The notes below the pieces were generated by a model, which saw only the letters and a program-made list of their open reading frames with translations, ran no database searches and was not told the origin of the DNA. Below are positions 29,701 through 40,300 of a stretch of 64,000 bases of DNA, piece after piece. The stretch is from an uncultured Chlorobiaceae bacterium (GTDB lineage: Bacteria; Bacteroidota; Ignavibacteria; UBA10030; SZUA-254): NCBI GenBank assembly GCA_964410105.1, contig CAYPFY010000012.1, positions 1 to 64,000 on the forward strand, read 5' to 3'. Made by a program: the position numbers and the translations under genes. Positions within the stretch are counted from its first letter, which is position 1. Each line of letters begins with the position of its first letter.

Positions 29701-30757
29701 GAGCTGAATAGAATGAGGCATGCTCATTCTGAGATGCATCGTACAGATCCTTGTATAGCATCTGGCGCGCTGCCGGGGATTGAAGGACAGATTGCTGGGT
29801 GGAACTACCATTCTCTGTAATGACTCGCTGTATGCCCGAGTTGAGGTGAGCTCCTTGCTGGGGCGCATCGAAGGAGATAAAGGTATTCACATAGTGATAG
29901 ATGAACTGCGAGGGATGAGCCTGGGGTGATTCATCTTCAGCCCACGCTAGCCCGTACCTAGCGATAACTCCCCCCATACTCACACCGACGACTTGGATGG
30001 CAGCCTCCTTGCCATGCAATTGATCATGGATGAATTTGCACGCGCCTAGGAAAACATCTTTATTGGAAACGATGTCACCGCCTCCGTTTGCCCAGTCCAT
30101 AATAAAAACGTCAAATCCCCTGCTTCGAGCCTCCTCTATAAGATCAAATCCAACACTGTAATTAACCGCCGGGGTATTGCTGCTGTCGGGATCGAACCCT
30201 TCGACGAGAAATGTCGGCCGGTCTAGCCTTAAATCAGACCCGACCCAAAAGAAAAGCCTATTGCCTCGGCCATCTTGGAAGACGGATGTTGGCACGGGAA
30301 CGGCAGTTATATCGTACTGCTTCTGACGGGAGTACACCTGCTGGCCCTGAGTTTCAAAGAATTCAATTTCAAACGTCAGCGTATAAATTCCCGGTTTTGA
30401 GAAATTCTTGACGACGGTCGCAAAAGCGTTCTCATGCTCATCTTCAAACCAGTCGCTCCACGTGACACCGTTACTGGCATCCATGTCATCATCCCATCGC
30501 ACCCGCATGAACAAGCCGGGATTCGTCCATGGAGCATTGCGACCATAGAAACGAAAGGTAACATTCTGACCTACATAGACACCGCGAGTCGATGGGGCAT
30601 AGTCATTGATATCCAGGTGACTAATAGGAAGATTCATCTTGAACTCGACGAGGATGTCGGGCGAAAACGCAACTGGGTTAGAACCAAAGCTCTGTGCCCG
30701 CATTGTCTCGACGAAAAGAACTAGGGGCAGAAGACAGCATACAAGTAAGCGGTGCAT
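26738..30757 (-). CDS. T9SS cargo: secreted alpha/beta-hydrolase (lipase/esterase-like) with FN3 domains and Por C-terminal sorting domain
   Basis: Signal peptide; hydrolase core FLVEGFDPDSS ... VVGVSMGGVIARY (GxSxG) ... FISFDAPQQGAHL; FN3 modules; C-terminus NYQLEAPGFVSIVIYNLLGEDVG...YFLRISVADDGGKVIYSAVRRIALIK typical of the Por/T9SS C-terminal sorting domain. Confidence 0.7.
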   Translation of the reverse strand: MHRLLVCCLLPLVLFVETMRAQSFGSNPVAFSPDILVEFKMNLPISHLDINDYAPSTRGVYVGQNVTFRFYGRNAPWTNPGLFMRVRWDDDMDASNGVTWSDWFEDEHENAFATVVKNFSKPGIYTLTFEIEFFETQGQQVYSRQKQYDITAVPVPTSVFQDGRGNRLFFWVGSDLRLDRPTFLVEGFDPDSSNTPAVNYSVGFDLIEEARSRGFDVFIMDWANGGGDIVSNKDVFLGACKFIHDQLHGKEAAIQVVGVSMGGVIARYGLAWAEDESPQAHPSQFIYHYVNTFISFDAPQQGAHLNSGIQRVITENGSSTQQSVLQSPAARQMLYKDLYDASQNEHASFYSALNSLHNEDPSVGHTNGYPRQSRNFSISNGNRTTIYPGKTTSDDLGLITIYGNVSILSIATIPVVKFTRHITVENRDVWPGSTFAEDLTRLSTQGFKDIVDDGLGGALFRAGGGWRFRVYFNPGYTPTESALDLDGFSRISDGSLVGGNSWFDDTLAQTSTHKHIELTGDSKSKIMQWLRENLGRPYLGRPSNLSASNPSFKEVTITFTDEAAFEQGFKVERKTANGPYEEIASLGPNSVQFADFCVDPATTYTYRIRAFSGNRYSPYSSELSVTTPMTCNLAAPSNVVAREDPSSISLSWHAVAGATSYKVYRTSPGESCPSFAAVTPSVSFIDYVPLLQQKYAYQVTALNGTEEGVPSDVLHAQGLHMAASTTSALSSNGQYKLADANISYAPTRALVFESGNGAYVSTWEPTLKDWIREERLGGSPDDPNVSRNPSLAQNPNNRYLDIFNESVNLSTRDHVIQHTLYPDRINAPIVVDLIPNLDTRFELLPVGAWSPSGSTTPAVLAAAWRNGASISVGLGETVNSTGVWRWTTDNLYPKFIDKMASPSTLSIAVDLQPAVKPQYVIYLVYSDPRPSPDGGIKLIRGTLYPDPWPPDAVKINWDNNTIYSIAGNSPTAVNSKPVIAIDGSSNVTIAWEFLDSSNPSSPVSEIRVQKRSGQCITTVLNPTVTVGAGLGVSAPSVTAYRYSSLKADDLTLLWSTSSGIMCAQYRSRCWGNSYLVDPGGTSPNIIVPLSSSDERSFIDLSASGPPFSLQVKDLNSAPPPPSAPTLSYSDFGRTYPKHPLLSWTSGGSNVIYTLASYQCDVNQGDCAGRLYPRFVSSERSYVDFTVKVWSKSSGQAAQTAYYYAVSATDNFNQTSPYSNKVCVISGDGALLTKQSPLPLPGTPDAPTETKLCESFPNPFNPSTKVNYQLEAPGFVSIVIYNLLGEDVGLLENRWRDPGYYEVTWDGSKQPTGLYFLRISVADDGGKVIYSAVRRIALIK

Positions 30758-30785
30758 ACAAACCTCCCTGATGAGATGTGGATGT

Positions 30786-31919
30786 TTAATGGTGGGTTAT
30801 ACTGAGAATCATGAGTTTCTCCATAACGAAATCATATACATAGATGTGAAAACTGTCATCAGTCCGGTCTTTTGCCTGGAAGATCAGTTTATTGCTATTG
30901 TTGTTCCACAGATACGAAAAAAAGTAAGCCTGGAGGTTCGTGGTAATCCTTCGGAGTCCAGTTCCGTCTCTCCTTACGATATAGACATCCTGTGTAATAG
31001 CCGAAGTCGCAATGGGTAGCGCCACCTGATTGCCATCTGGCGACCACTGCATTGTGCTCAGTTCAGATCCAGGAAAGAAAAGCCGATACGATGAGGGTTG
31101 GGCCGGTAGTTCGGTGCTATCAAGATTGAGTGAGTAGGCACCGGCATTGCCTTCCCCGCCCAGGCCCCAACTGAACACAATATCGTTGCGGCGAGGCGAC
31201 GGGCGGGGAGCGACACTTGCTGTCCGGGAAGTGTCGATCGCGACGGGATTTGTGCCATCGGCATTCATGACAAAGACTTTCCCACCGTAATCAGTCATGA
31301 TGCGGCCTGAGAGGAAAGCAATTCGACGGCCATCAGAAAGATAGGTGGCGTCCCTGTTACCGGACGATCCGTGTGTAAGCTGCACGAGCGCACCTGTTTG
31401 CACGTCTGCTCTGATAATCTGGTAATTCATCGCGCCGGAATCTTCCACAGCGCCATCGAAAAGGAGAAACCGGCTGTCGGGAGACCACCGCAAAAATTCC
31501 CAGTTGCCAAAGAATGGTGTCAAATCACGGGCGAGTGAGCCATCGGCTTCAACAATCCAGACGTGGGAGCAGCACCAAATCCGACCGGGCTCCGCGGCAA
31601 GGTAGGCAATACGCATTCCGTCCGGTGATAGTGTTGGAAAGATCTTCTCCAATGTATCCTCGAACACGGGCCGCGCTTCACCACCCCCTGAATCGACTGC
31701 GTAGATACCGTTCCCTTCACGATCCGGCGAACTACCGATCCCATAGAGTCTCGAACCGTCCCTGGACCAGAACGGATTCCGGATACTGAAGTGGGTATCC
31801 AGTGAATGGTCGAGAAGAGGCAGGATCGAAGAGGGTTGTTCGTCCTTACGGCAGAAAAGGCAACTTACAAAAGGGAAGAGAGTAAGCCAAACAGCGATCC
31901 GCCTCCCGCGTGTGTTCAT
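30786..31919 (-). CDS. TolB-like WD40/PD40 beta-propeller lipoprotein
   Basis: Lipoprotein-type signal (LFPFVSC) and repeated SPDG-R-AF / DG-NP PD40-like blades; 29 nt upstream of the hydrolase cargo gene. Confidence 0.55.
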   Translation of the reverse strand: MNTRGRRIAVWLTLFPFVSCLFCRKDEQPSSILPLLDHSLDTHFSIRNPFWSRDGSRLYGIGSSPDREGNGIYAVDSGGGEARPVFEDTLEKIFPTLSPDGMRIAYLAAEPGRIWCCSHVWIVEADGSLARDLTPFFGNWEFLRWSPDSRFLLFDGAVEDSGAMNYQIIRADVQTGALVQLTHGSSGNRDATYLSDGRRIAFLSGRIMTDYGGKVFVMNADGTNPVAIDTSRTASVAPRPSPRRNDIVFSWGLGGEGNAGAYSLNLDSTELPAQPSSYRLFFPGSELSTMQWSPDGNQVALPIATSAITQDVYIVRRDGTGLRRITTNLQAYFFSYLWNNNSNKLIFQAKDRTDDSFHIYVYDFVMEKLMILSITHH

Positions 31920-32025
31920 GCTAAAGAGCCCCCCTACGAAATGCTTTCCTCCGTTATTATACTACAGCGAAATCAAAAAGTCAAGTCAAATCAATCCACA
32001 GAATATTTCCTCTCCGGCAAAAATC

Positions 32026-32787
32026 TCAAGGTGAAAAATCGTGGGCGGCGTCGCGGTCAAGCAACCATACGGTTTGAAGTTCTCCCTTCACCAACGCCCC
32101 TGGCAGAGAACAGCCCTCGGGGTCACGCACGATTGACCTTATAATCTTGCCCTTGCCTTCTCCGCTCACCAGAAAAAATATTCTCTTCGAGGAGTTTATC
32201 GCATCAAGGGTTAGGGTAATCCTCACCGGGGGCGGAACGGGCGAGCGGACAGGCATGACCCATCGGGTACGCTCGGAAAGTGCCGGAGAGCCCGGGAAAA
32301 GCGATGCCGTATGTCCATCGGATCCTAGCCCTAACAGTGTAAGATCGAAGCTGGGTGAGGCGCGTCCGAAATATTCTCGCAATGATGCCTCATAAGAATC
32401 AGCAGCCGATTCGGGCGTGGACATATCAGTCGGGATAGGATGAACATTGGACGGCGGGATGGGAACTTTTGCAAGCAGAGAATCCTGGACGGTTTTGTAA
32501 TTACTTTGCGAATCTTCACTCGGGACGTAACGTTCATCTCCCCAGAATAGGTGAACCCTGTCCCAGGGGATCCGGTCACGATAACGTGAGGACAGTATTC
32601 CGTAGAGTTCCATTGGCGTGCGGCCGCCGGAAAGCGCGATCGCAAACGGGCCTCCGTGTCTGAGCGATTGGTCGATGAGAGCTGAGATCTTTTCGGCCGC
32701 TACTCTGCTCAACTCGTGGAGATCTGCAAAAACCTCTATTTGACCCTCTAACGCGCTATGAATACGCTTGCCTTTCACGAGGAGCAC
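32026..32787 (-). CDS. pgl: 6-phosphogluconolactonase
   Basis: FAIALSGGRTP ... LGLGSDGHTASLFPG signature; apparent GTG start. Confidence 0.75.
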   Translation of the reverse strand: MLLVKGKRIHSALEGQIEVFADLHELSRVAAEKISALIDQSLRHGGPFAIALSGGRTPMELYGILSSRYRDRIPWDRVHLFWGDERYVPSEDSQSNYKTVQDSLLAKVPIPPSNVHPIPTDMSTPESAADSYEASLREYFGRASPSFDLTLLGLGSDGHTASLFPGSPALSERTRWVMPVRSPVPPPVRITLTLDAINSSKRIFFLVSGEGKGKIIRSIVRDPEGCSLPGALVKGELQTVWLLDRDAAHDFSP

Positions 32788-32914
32788 GCCACGGGAAACC
32801 CCTCCGACGCGGCGAATAGCTCGCGTATGATCATGGTAGCAGTACCTTCGATCGCCTGGCCTTCAACAGGTGAGAGAAGAATTGCAGGGGTCCCCAAATC
32901 GCGGCAAGAATAAT

Positions 32915-33820
32915 CTATCGTTTCTTGATTGGATGTCCTCCGAACTTCTCCCGCATGGCGGAGAGCAATTTATCCGCGAAGGAATCTTGGGTACGGGAGC
33001 GAAGTCTCTCAAGGAGAGAGAGCGTGATAATCGGAGCGGGCACATCCAGGTCGATGGCCTCGCTGACCGTCCATCGTCCTTCTCCTGAGTCTGCAACAAA
33101 GGGTGCGATCTCGTCCAAGCTAGGATTTTCCTTGAGAGCTTGAGCTGTCAGGTCGAGAAGCCAGGACCGTATCACACTCCCCTGGCGCCAGATTTCGGCA
33201 ACCCGGTACAGATCCAGCGAAAACTCATCTTTCTTCTTAAGGATTGCAAATCCCTCGGCATATGCTTGCATAAGCCCGTACTCAATTCCGTTATGAATCA
33301 TCTTCACGAAATGGCCGGCTCCGTTTCTCCCGACATGTCCCCATCCATTAGACGGACCAGGTGCAAGGCATTCAAAGATCGGTCTCAGTCTTTCGACAAC
33401 ACTCTGTTCACCTCCCACCATCATGCTATAACCCTCTTTGAGTCCCCAGATACCGCCGCTTGTCCCCACGTCAACGAAATGGATATTTCGCTGCTTGAGA
33501 CGGATTGCTCGCGCCATGGAATCCCTATAATATGAGTTCCCGCCATCGATGATCGTATCATCGCGCTGGATGAAGGTGAGGAGTGAATCTATAAGCTTAT
33601 CAACAGGCTCTCCGGCAGGGACCATCATCCAGAGAACGCGCGGAGAATCCAGTTTGCCGACGAGATCTTCCAAGGATGCTGTCACGAGAACACCTCGTTC
33701 GGTCGCACGGCGAGCAGCCTCACCGCTCCGGTCATACGCTGTTACAGTATGACCTCCCAGAGTGAGACGCTCCGCCATATTGGCACCCATTCTCCCCAGT
33801 CCGATCATGCCAACTTTCAT
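32915..33820 (-). CDS. gnd: 6-phosphogluconate dehydrogenase (decarboxylating), short ~300-aa form
   Basis: MKVGMIGLGRMGANMAERL Rossmann N-terminus and 6PGDH catalytic domain. Confidence 0.8.
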   Translation of the reverse strand: MKVGMIGLGRMGANMAERLTLGGHTVTAYDRSGEAARRATERGVLVTASLEDLVGKLDSPRVLWMMVPAGEPVDKLIDSLLTFIQRDDTIIDGGNSYYRDSMARAIRLKQRNIHFVDVGTSGGIWGLKEGYSMMVGGEQSVVERLRPIFECLAPGPSNGWGHVGRNGAGHFVKMIHNGIEYGLMQAYAEGFAILKKKDEFSLDLYRVAEIWRQGSVIRSWLLDLTAQALKENPSLDEIAPFVADSGEGRWTVSEAIDLDVPAPIITLSLLERLRSRTQDSFADKLLSAMREKFGGHPIKKR

Positions 33821-34145
33821 CCCCGTCGCTCCTCTCCGTATTGAAGACTCCTGAATTCATGGCTGCTGGCATTGTACCCTTCACTTCTTGGAGGGCAGCA
33901 TTTGTCAGGCGACTCCCTTTGCCATTGGCCTTATAAACCTTGGTTACCGATTGATTTTCCCCGCCCAGGACTTATCCGTCGACTATGTCGACCAGCGGCT
34001 TGACACGACGCCCTTGGGCGAGTTGAACCGCAATCCCTTGCGCTCCGACCTCTCACCACCTCGGAGTAAAATGACGGCTTTAAATACAAGAACGAACTTG
34101 TGAAACACAATCCATCGCCGAACTTAGAGGGGTTGGGCAGCCCTT

Positions 34146-36284
34146 TTAAGTCCCCGCCAATTTCGATCGCGTGATCGTGCGCTCTGCAGCACGAACAACG
34201 TGATCGACCGTGAATCCAAAATTCTCAAGCGCAGACTCGGCAGGAGCGGACGCACCAAATGTCGTCATGCCGATGAACTCTCCGCGGGATCCGAGGTACC
34301 GATCCCAACCCATTCTCACTCCCGCCTCCACGGCAACTCTGGCACTGATGGCCGCCGGCAGGATGGAATCCTTATACTCCGGTGACTGTTGCTCAAAAAG
34401 CTCAAATGAAGGAATGCTGACCAGACGCGCGCTAATCCCTAGTGCGGTCAGCCGATCGTATGCCCTTACTGCGAGTGACACCTCGGACCCGGTGGCAAGC
34501 AGGAGGATTTGAGGATCCTCCGATCCGATCAGAATGTATGCGCCTCTGCAGAGATTTTCCGCGCTCGCATATTTCGTCTGATCGAGCACTGGTAACCTTT
34601 GGCGAGTAAGGGCGATGACCGTGGGGCCTGAGCGGTGCTCCAGGGCAAATTTCCATGCATATGCTGTCTCATAAAAGTCGGCGGGACGGAGAACAACGAG
34701 ACCCGGGATGGCTCGCAGGGAGGCCAGATGCTCGACCGCCTGATGAGTTGGACCATCCTCGCCGAGACCGATGCTGTCGTGCGTATAAACAAATATCACA
34801 GGATAGCGTGAGAGAGCGGCAAGCCGGAGCGCGGGCCTCATATAATCGCTGAAGCAAAAAAAAGTGCCGCCATAGGGGATGAGCAGACCGCTGACAGCGA
34901 TCCCGTTCATGATGGCCGCCATGCCGTGCTCACGGACGCCATACCGGATATAGCGCCCTAGGCGGTCGACCTTGCTGAAATCTCGAGCATCCCTGAACCT
35001 CGTATTATTCGAAGGAGTCAGATCTGCCGACCCTCCTAGCACAAGAGGCAACTTTGGCATGATAGCATCGAGTATCCTACCCTGGGCTTCTCGGGTAGCC
35101 ATTGTGGTTGAAGGGTCAATCTTTGGAATAGCGTTAGCCCACACCTGTTCCCATTTTTCGGTAGGCTTCCCGTCGGCAGCATGGAGAAGCTCCTCAGCGA
35201 GGACCGGATACTCTTTGGCATAGCGTACAAAGAGCTCATTCCAATTTCCTTCACTCTCTTTCCCCTTGACGACTTCTTCCCTAAAATGGGCTAGCGCCTC
35301 CTCCGGCACATAGAATTTCTTCACAGGATCCCAGCCATAATTCTTCTTCGTGAGGGCGACTTCCTCCTCGCCAAGCGGGGAGCCATGTGCCTCCGGAGAA
35401 TCCTGTTTATTTGGACTGCCGTATGCGATATGGGTACGGAGCTTAATCAAGGAAGGGCGGAAAGGTTCATTCTGAGCAGCAATGAGGGCTCTTTCGAACG
35501 AAGCCATATCGTTTCCCTCTCCTTCCGGGGTTTGAACGAACCATCCGTACGATTCGTACCTTTTGCCAACATCTTCGCTGAACGAAAGAGAGGTCTTACC
35601 ATCAATTGTGATCCGATTGTCATCGTAAATGGCAATAAGATTATTCAGTCCAAGGTGGGCTCCCAAGGAGCACGACTCGGATGTAACTCCTTCCTGCATA
35701 CACCCATCGCCGGCGACGACATAAATCTTGTAATCAACTAGGGGAAATCCGGGACGATTAAAGTACTCCGCAAGGTATTTTTCCGCAATCGCCATTCCGA
35801 CGGCGCTCGAGATTCCCTGCCCGAGTGGACCAGTTGTCAGCTCCACCCCAGGGGTATGACCATATTCCGGATGTCCGGGCGTCTTACTCCCCCATTGGCG
35901 GAAGCTCTTAATGTCGTCTAGGGAAACGTCGTAACCTGTGAGGTGCAAGAGTGAGTAGAGCAGCATGCACCCGTGACCAGCGGAGAGCACGAATCGATCA
36001 CGATTCATCCACCGCGGATCGCGGGGGTTGTGCTTCAAGTGTTTGGTCCACAGGATGTAGGCTGCGGGAGCCATGCCCATCGGCATACCGGGGTGTCCGG
36101 ACTTAGCCTTCTGGACAGCATCCATGCTCAAACAGCGAATGGTATTGATGCAGAGCTCATCCAGTCTCGACAGCCCCGAACTTTCTAACGGTTCAATCCG
36201 GTGTTGACCTGTCTGTTGGGCGTCCTCGGCCATAATGAGAGATATATGTTCGTCTACCCATCGTATAACTTTTCCAGCCGCCAC
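34146..36284 (-). CDS. tkt: Transketolase
   Basis: SGHPGMPMGMAPAAYILW TPP-binding motif and full three-domain length (712 aa); true start may be the internal MAEDAQQ (36233). Confidence 0.9.
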   Translation of the reverse strand: MAAGKVIRWVDEHISLIMAEDAQQTGQHRIEPLESSGLSRLDELCINTIRCLSMDAVQKAKSGHPGMPMGMAPAAYILWTKHLKHNPRDPRWMNRDRFVLSAGHGCMLLYSLLHLTGYDVSLDDIKSFRQWGSKTPGHPEYGHTPGVELTTGPLGQGISSAVGMAIAEKYLAEYFNRPGFPLVDYKIYVVAGDGCMQEGVTSESCSLGAHLGLNNLIAIYDDNRITIDGKTSLSFSEDVGKRYESYGWFVQTPEGEGNDMASFERALIAAQNEPFRPSLIKLRTHIAYGSPNKQDSPEAHGSPLGEEEVALTKKNYGWDPVKKFYVPEEALAHFREEVVKGKESEGNWNELFVRYAKEYPVLAEELLHAADGKPTEKWEQVWANAIPKIDPSTTMATREAQGRILDAIMPKLPLVLGGSADLTPSNNTRFRDARDFSKVDRLGRYIRYGVREHGMAAIMNGIAVSGLLIPYGGTFFCFSDYMRPALRLAALSRYPVIFVYTHDSIGLGEDGPTHQAVEHLASLRAIPGLVVLRPADFYETAYAWKFALEHRSGPTVIALTRQRLPVLDQTKYASAENLCRGAYILIGSEDPQILLLATGSEVSLAVRAYDRLTALGISARLVSIPSFELFEQQSPEYKDSILPAAISARVAVEAGVRMGWDRYLGSRGEFIGMTTFGASAPAESALENFGFTVDHVVRAAERTITRSKLAGT

Positions 36285-36836
36285 TTCAAATCACTCGTCA
36301 GCGCTGTATGGTCGTAAAATTCGATGCTCCATGTTTGGATTACTGACCATTGATCAACAAAATAACACTCAGGAATTTGAGGTCGCGTAACCAGCCAAGT
36401 TTTCTCCCGTTCTCCTCACCGCTCGCTGGCGAGTTTAGCTTCCGGATTATGCCCCGCTGAGAACAATTCCCACGCCTTAAAGAATCTAACGGACTGCCGA
36501 AAAAGCTCCCGTCCACAGGAGGCTTGTGATAAAATCCGGTCCACAATTCAATCACGAGAGGAGAAATAAAACAGTTCTTCCTCTTCACCGAATATCCCTG
36601 TCCGTGCGAGCGATTCCGCAGCCCTGAGAAAGTTGATCAGCCATTTCGGCGGCGCCATGCGAGTCGTCTGCTTTGAATATATCACGGGACATCTGACAAT
36701 GCAAGTCTGATCAGTCAATGGGATCTTTCTTGGCTTTAGTGTATGGGCCATCAGCTCTTGGCGACTGCCAGAAAGGCAATATCGCTCACCTCCCCCTGTA
36801 AGAGTTATCCTCGCTGCGAAAAATCAATAAACGTGC

Positions 36837-36865
36837 TTGACATTCGCCGAAAATCCAATTATCAT
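36837..36865 (+). promoter_or_regulatory. Sigma-70-like promoter (TTGACA - 17 nt - TATCAT)
   Basis: Read directly: TTGACA 36837-36842, 17-nt spacer, TATCAT 36860-36865, located in a ~1 kb noncoding region ~470 nt upstream of the BNR cargo gene. Confidence 0.3.
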
Positions 36866-37331
36866 GGCATATAGACACCGGGGGCTTTCACTCACCTAAA
36901 TTCCCGGAAAGTGGGCCGTGCGGGGCATCTACATCGTCCTTCAAACTGCCTCACTTCTTCTATTTTCACCTCTACTTCTTTGGGAGCAACCCGGCTCTAA
37001 ACTCTGGTTCGATTGGGGCCGTGTCACACAAGGGAAGTACCTGCATTCGAGTGCGAATATGGATCGGGGACGGGTCAATCAGAGTCCACAATATCCTTGA
37101 GAGACATAATCACGACGCTGGCGGATTAGGCTGAGGAAGCGGAATACAAGTCGGTGTGGCCGATTGGAACGGGCTTCCGGGTTGGCTATCTTACCCGACC
37201 CAGGGCTGGGGATATAACGGTTATGATAAACCTGCGGTTTGTGTGATGACAGGGTCGCGAAGCCGTCAATGTATTTCTTCCACGACAGTCGATCCGTTAT
37301 TCATTAAGAATACTCATCAGTTGGAGTCCAC

Positions 37332-40300
37332 ATGGAAGAACGAAATAGCCGTTCTGTAAGAGAAGTAGCAAGACCCAAGGAGAGCGTCCATTCAATGAGG
37401 TGGAAATTGCACTATCTGATACGGACGTCGTCCAGCCCAAGGTTTCGAATTGATATTGTCAGACAAATTTCACTCTTGCTTATCTTCTTCCTGATGATGG
37501 AGTGTTTCACACCTCCGCAAGCTCTTGGATCAAAGAACCAGAGAGGCTTCCCTCTCACCCTCGGAAACGTTCATGGAAGTCTTCTCAAGAGCGGCGTTCT
37601 CGGTAAGATGCCAAAAAAACAGCCGCTGTCGCCGCATGCGTTGGGACCTTCTCAGATCTTTGGCGAACCAGGTACCGCGAGTTGGGAATGGTTGAATCCG
37701 CTGCCGCAGGGCAACACGCTAGAGACCGTTCAGATGCTCGACTCTAATCATATAGTGGCTGTCGGGTATGGAGGAGTTCTCGTGCGAAGTTCTAATGGAG
37801 GAAAGAGTTGGGAGGTGACGTATCATGTGAACGGCTCTACACATCTGGCGGGACTTTATTTCCAGGACGCATACCGAGGAACAGCGGTCGGTTATCCCGG
37901 AATGATACTTCGCACTACTGACGGAGGCGTGACGTGGGCAAATCAGGAAAGCGGGATGAACAATATTCTCTATGGGGTCTCTTATGCGGATTCAAACCAT
38001 GGTATTGCCGTTGGATATCCTGGAATAATTCTTCGAACGACGAACGCAGGCAATACATGGACCTCGATCACGAGTGGGACAGATGCACAGTTGCTGGCGG
38101 TCAGTTTTGTCGACACGAACCATGCGATTGCGGTGGGCCGTGATTTTACGCCATTCTGGCATGACAACATACTTCGCACAACAGACGGCGGCATCACCTG
38201 GTCGACACAGGCCTACGGTGCTCGCGGACTCTTTAATGTGTCGTTCACCGATACACTTACGGGAACGGCCGTCGGAACGGACGGTGTGATTATTCGCACT
38301 ATCGACGGTGGGGCCTCCTGGACTGGCCAATCATCCTTAACCACCGACTGGATCTGGGGCGTCAAAATGCTCAATACCGACACTGGAACAGCAGTCGGAG
38401 ATAATGGAACAATACTCCGGACGACTAATGGGGGTGTAACCTGGACGCCCCAGAGCAGCGGGACTTATACATACCTTCAGAGTGTTTCCTTTGCGACCCC
38501 GAGAATTGCAACAATCTCAGGAGGCGGAGGTATTATTCTCCGGACAACGGATAGCGGTACATCATGGTTCAAACAGACGATCGGTCCCACTGAATGGTTG
38601 TACAGCTCAGCGTTCCTTAATCCGGATACCGGTTTTGTGGTAGGAGACAGGGGAACGATTCTTCACACGACGAGTGGAGGCTTGGCCTGGGACGTTCAGT
38701 CGAGCGGCACGGTTAGTTTTCTCCTAGGCGTCTCATTTAGCAGTTCCGCAAGGGGAACCGCGGTCGGGGAAGTCGGCACTATTCTTCATACGACAGACGC
38801 GGGTGTAACATGGTCAGGCCAGACAAGCGGAACATCCAGTGACCTGTACGGAATTTCATTTGCGGCTTCTGATACAGGAACGACGGTGGGAATCGGTGGC
38901 ACTATTCTTCATACAACTGACGCGGGTACGACATGGACACCTCAGACTAGCGGAACATCCAATGATCTTATGGGGGTTTTCTTCGCTACGGCCGATACGG
39001 GAACTGCTGTAGGACTAGGCGGGACCATTCTCAACACAACGGATGGGGGTGCGACATGGACGGCTCAGACTAGCGGAACTGGTGAAGATCTTTACGCAGT
39101 CCAGTTCATCAATACTCACATCGGAACAGTCGTGGGAACGAACGGAACCATCCTCCGAACGACAGATGGCGGGATGACGTGGGTGCCGCAGACGAGCGGA
39201 ACAACCTCCGTGCTTCAAGCAGTCTCCTTCGTGGATGCAAACACGGGAATTGCCGGAGGGTATGACGGAACGACATTTTTGGGAACCGCCTGTGTGACGA
39301 CCGATGGCGGGGCTCATTGGACAAACTGGCCAATTACTTCGGGAGTTATTCCATTCGGGATTTCAATGGCGACTTTTGATGTAAACAGCTTGATTGCATC
39401 TCATCTTGCCCGCCTGGCAAATACGTCATCGGGGGAAGTGGTGTACGCTGTTGGGCCCGGCGGTGCTATAATCTGCAGTGTCATTTCACCCCTGAAAGGA
39501 AAGACGTGGACGGGTGCGGTGGATTCTTCATGGAATAACGGCGGCAATTGGGCACCCGCAGGAGTCCCCACCAATATTGACAGCGTCGTCATTCCTCCGG
39601 CTGCTCGTCACCCGGTGATCTTTCAGAATCAGCCGCTCGCAATTGTTGGTTCTCTCACCATTCTGGCTTCGGGGCAGTTGACCATTACGGATTCAGTGGC
39701 ACAGGTCACCGTAATAACCGATGTCGTAATTCATGGGACACTCGAAGTCCGGCCTCCAGCTTTGACAAATATTGTTGTCGGCGGCAATTGGATCGTGGGC
39801 TCTGGAGGTCCCGCTCAAAAGTATCTTCGTCCAGCAGGTGCTACCGTTAGCGGGGGATTCATTCCCGCTCAGTCGACGGTCTCTTTTAACGGAAAGGGGA
39901 CGTTCGAGAGTGCTTTTTACAATGTTATTGTCGACACCAATTCCGAGATGACAGTTTCCAATAACGTGGTTGTTCAGCACCAGATGGTCGTCCTGAACGA
40001 GGTCAATTTACCCCTGGGAGATACAACGTTTATTCAGGATTCCGACCCCGGCGCCCTTAGCGGGTCAGGGAGAATCCGTGCGGGGACGATACTACGCTCG
40101 TTGAAACAAGGTTCAATCTCCGTATACAGATTTGAAAGTGCGAACACCTCAGTTCAGTTCGATGGCAACGGAACATATCCGTCGGCCATCGCGATGACCA
40201 CACATCCAGACACTGCACCGGCAGATTTCAGCACACACTGGGCTATTGTTCCAAGCAGAGTCGATACGGCCACCAAGACGGTTTCTGCCGACAGTTTACG

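Noticed and set aside
36900-37060. Possible tRNA/tmRNA or RNase P RNA (GGTTCGATT T-loop-like and GGAAAGTGGGCC strings)
   Set aside because: No acceptor stem, no D-arm, no CCA-proximal pairing or tag-peptide frame for tmRNA, and the RNase P universal GGAAAGTCCGGGC and ACAGAA-CCGGCTTA motifs are not matched.
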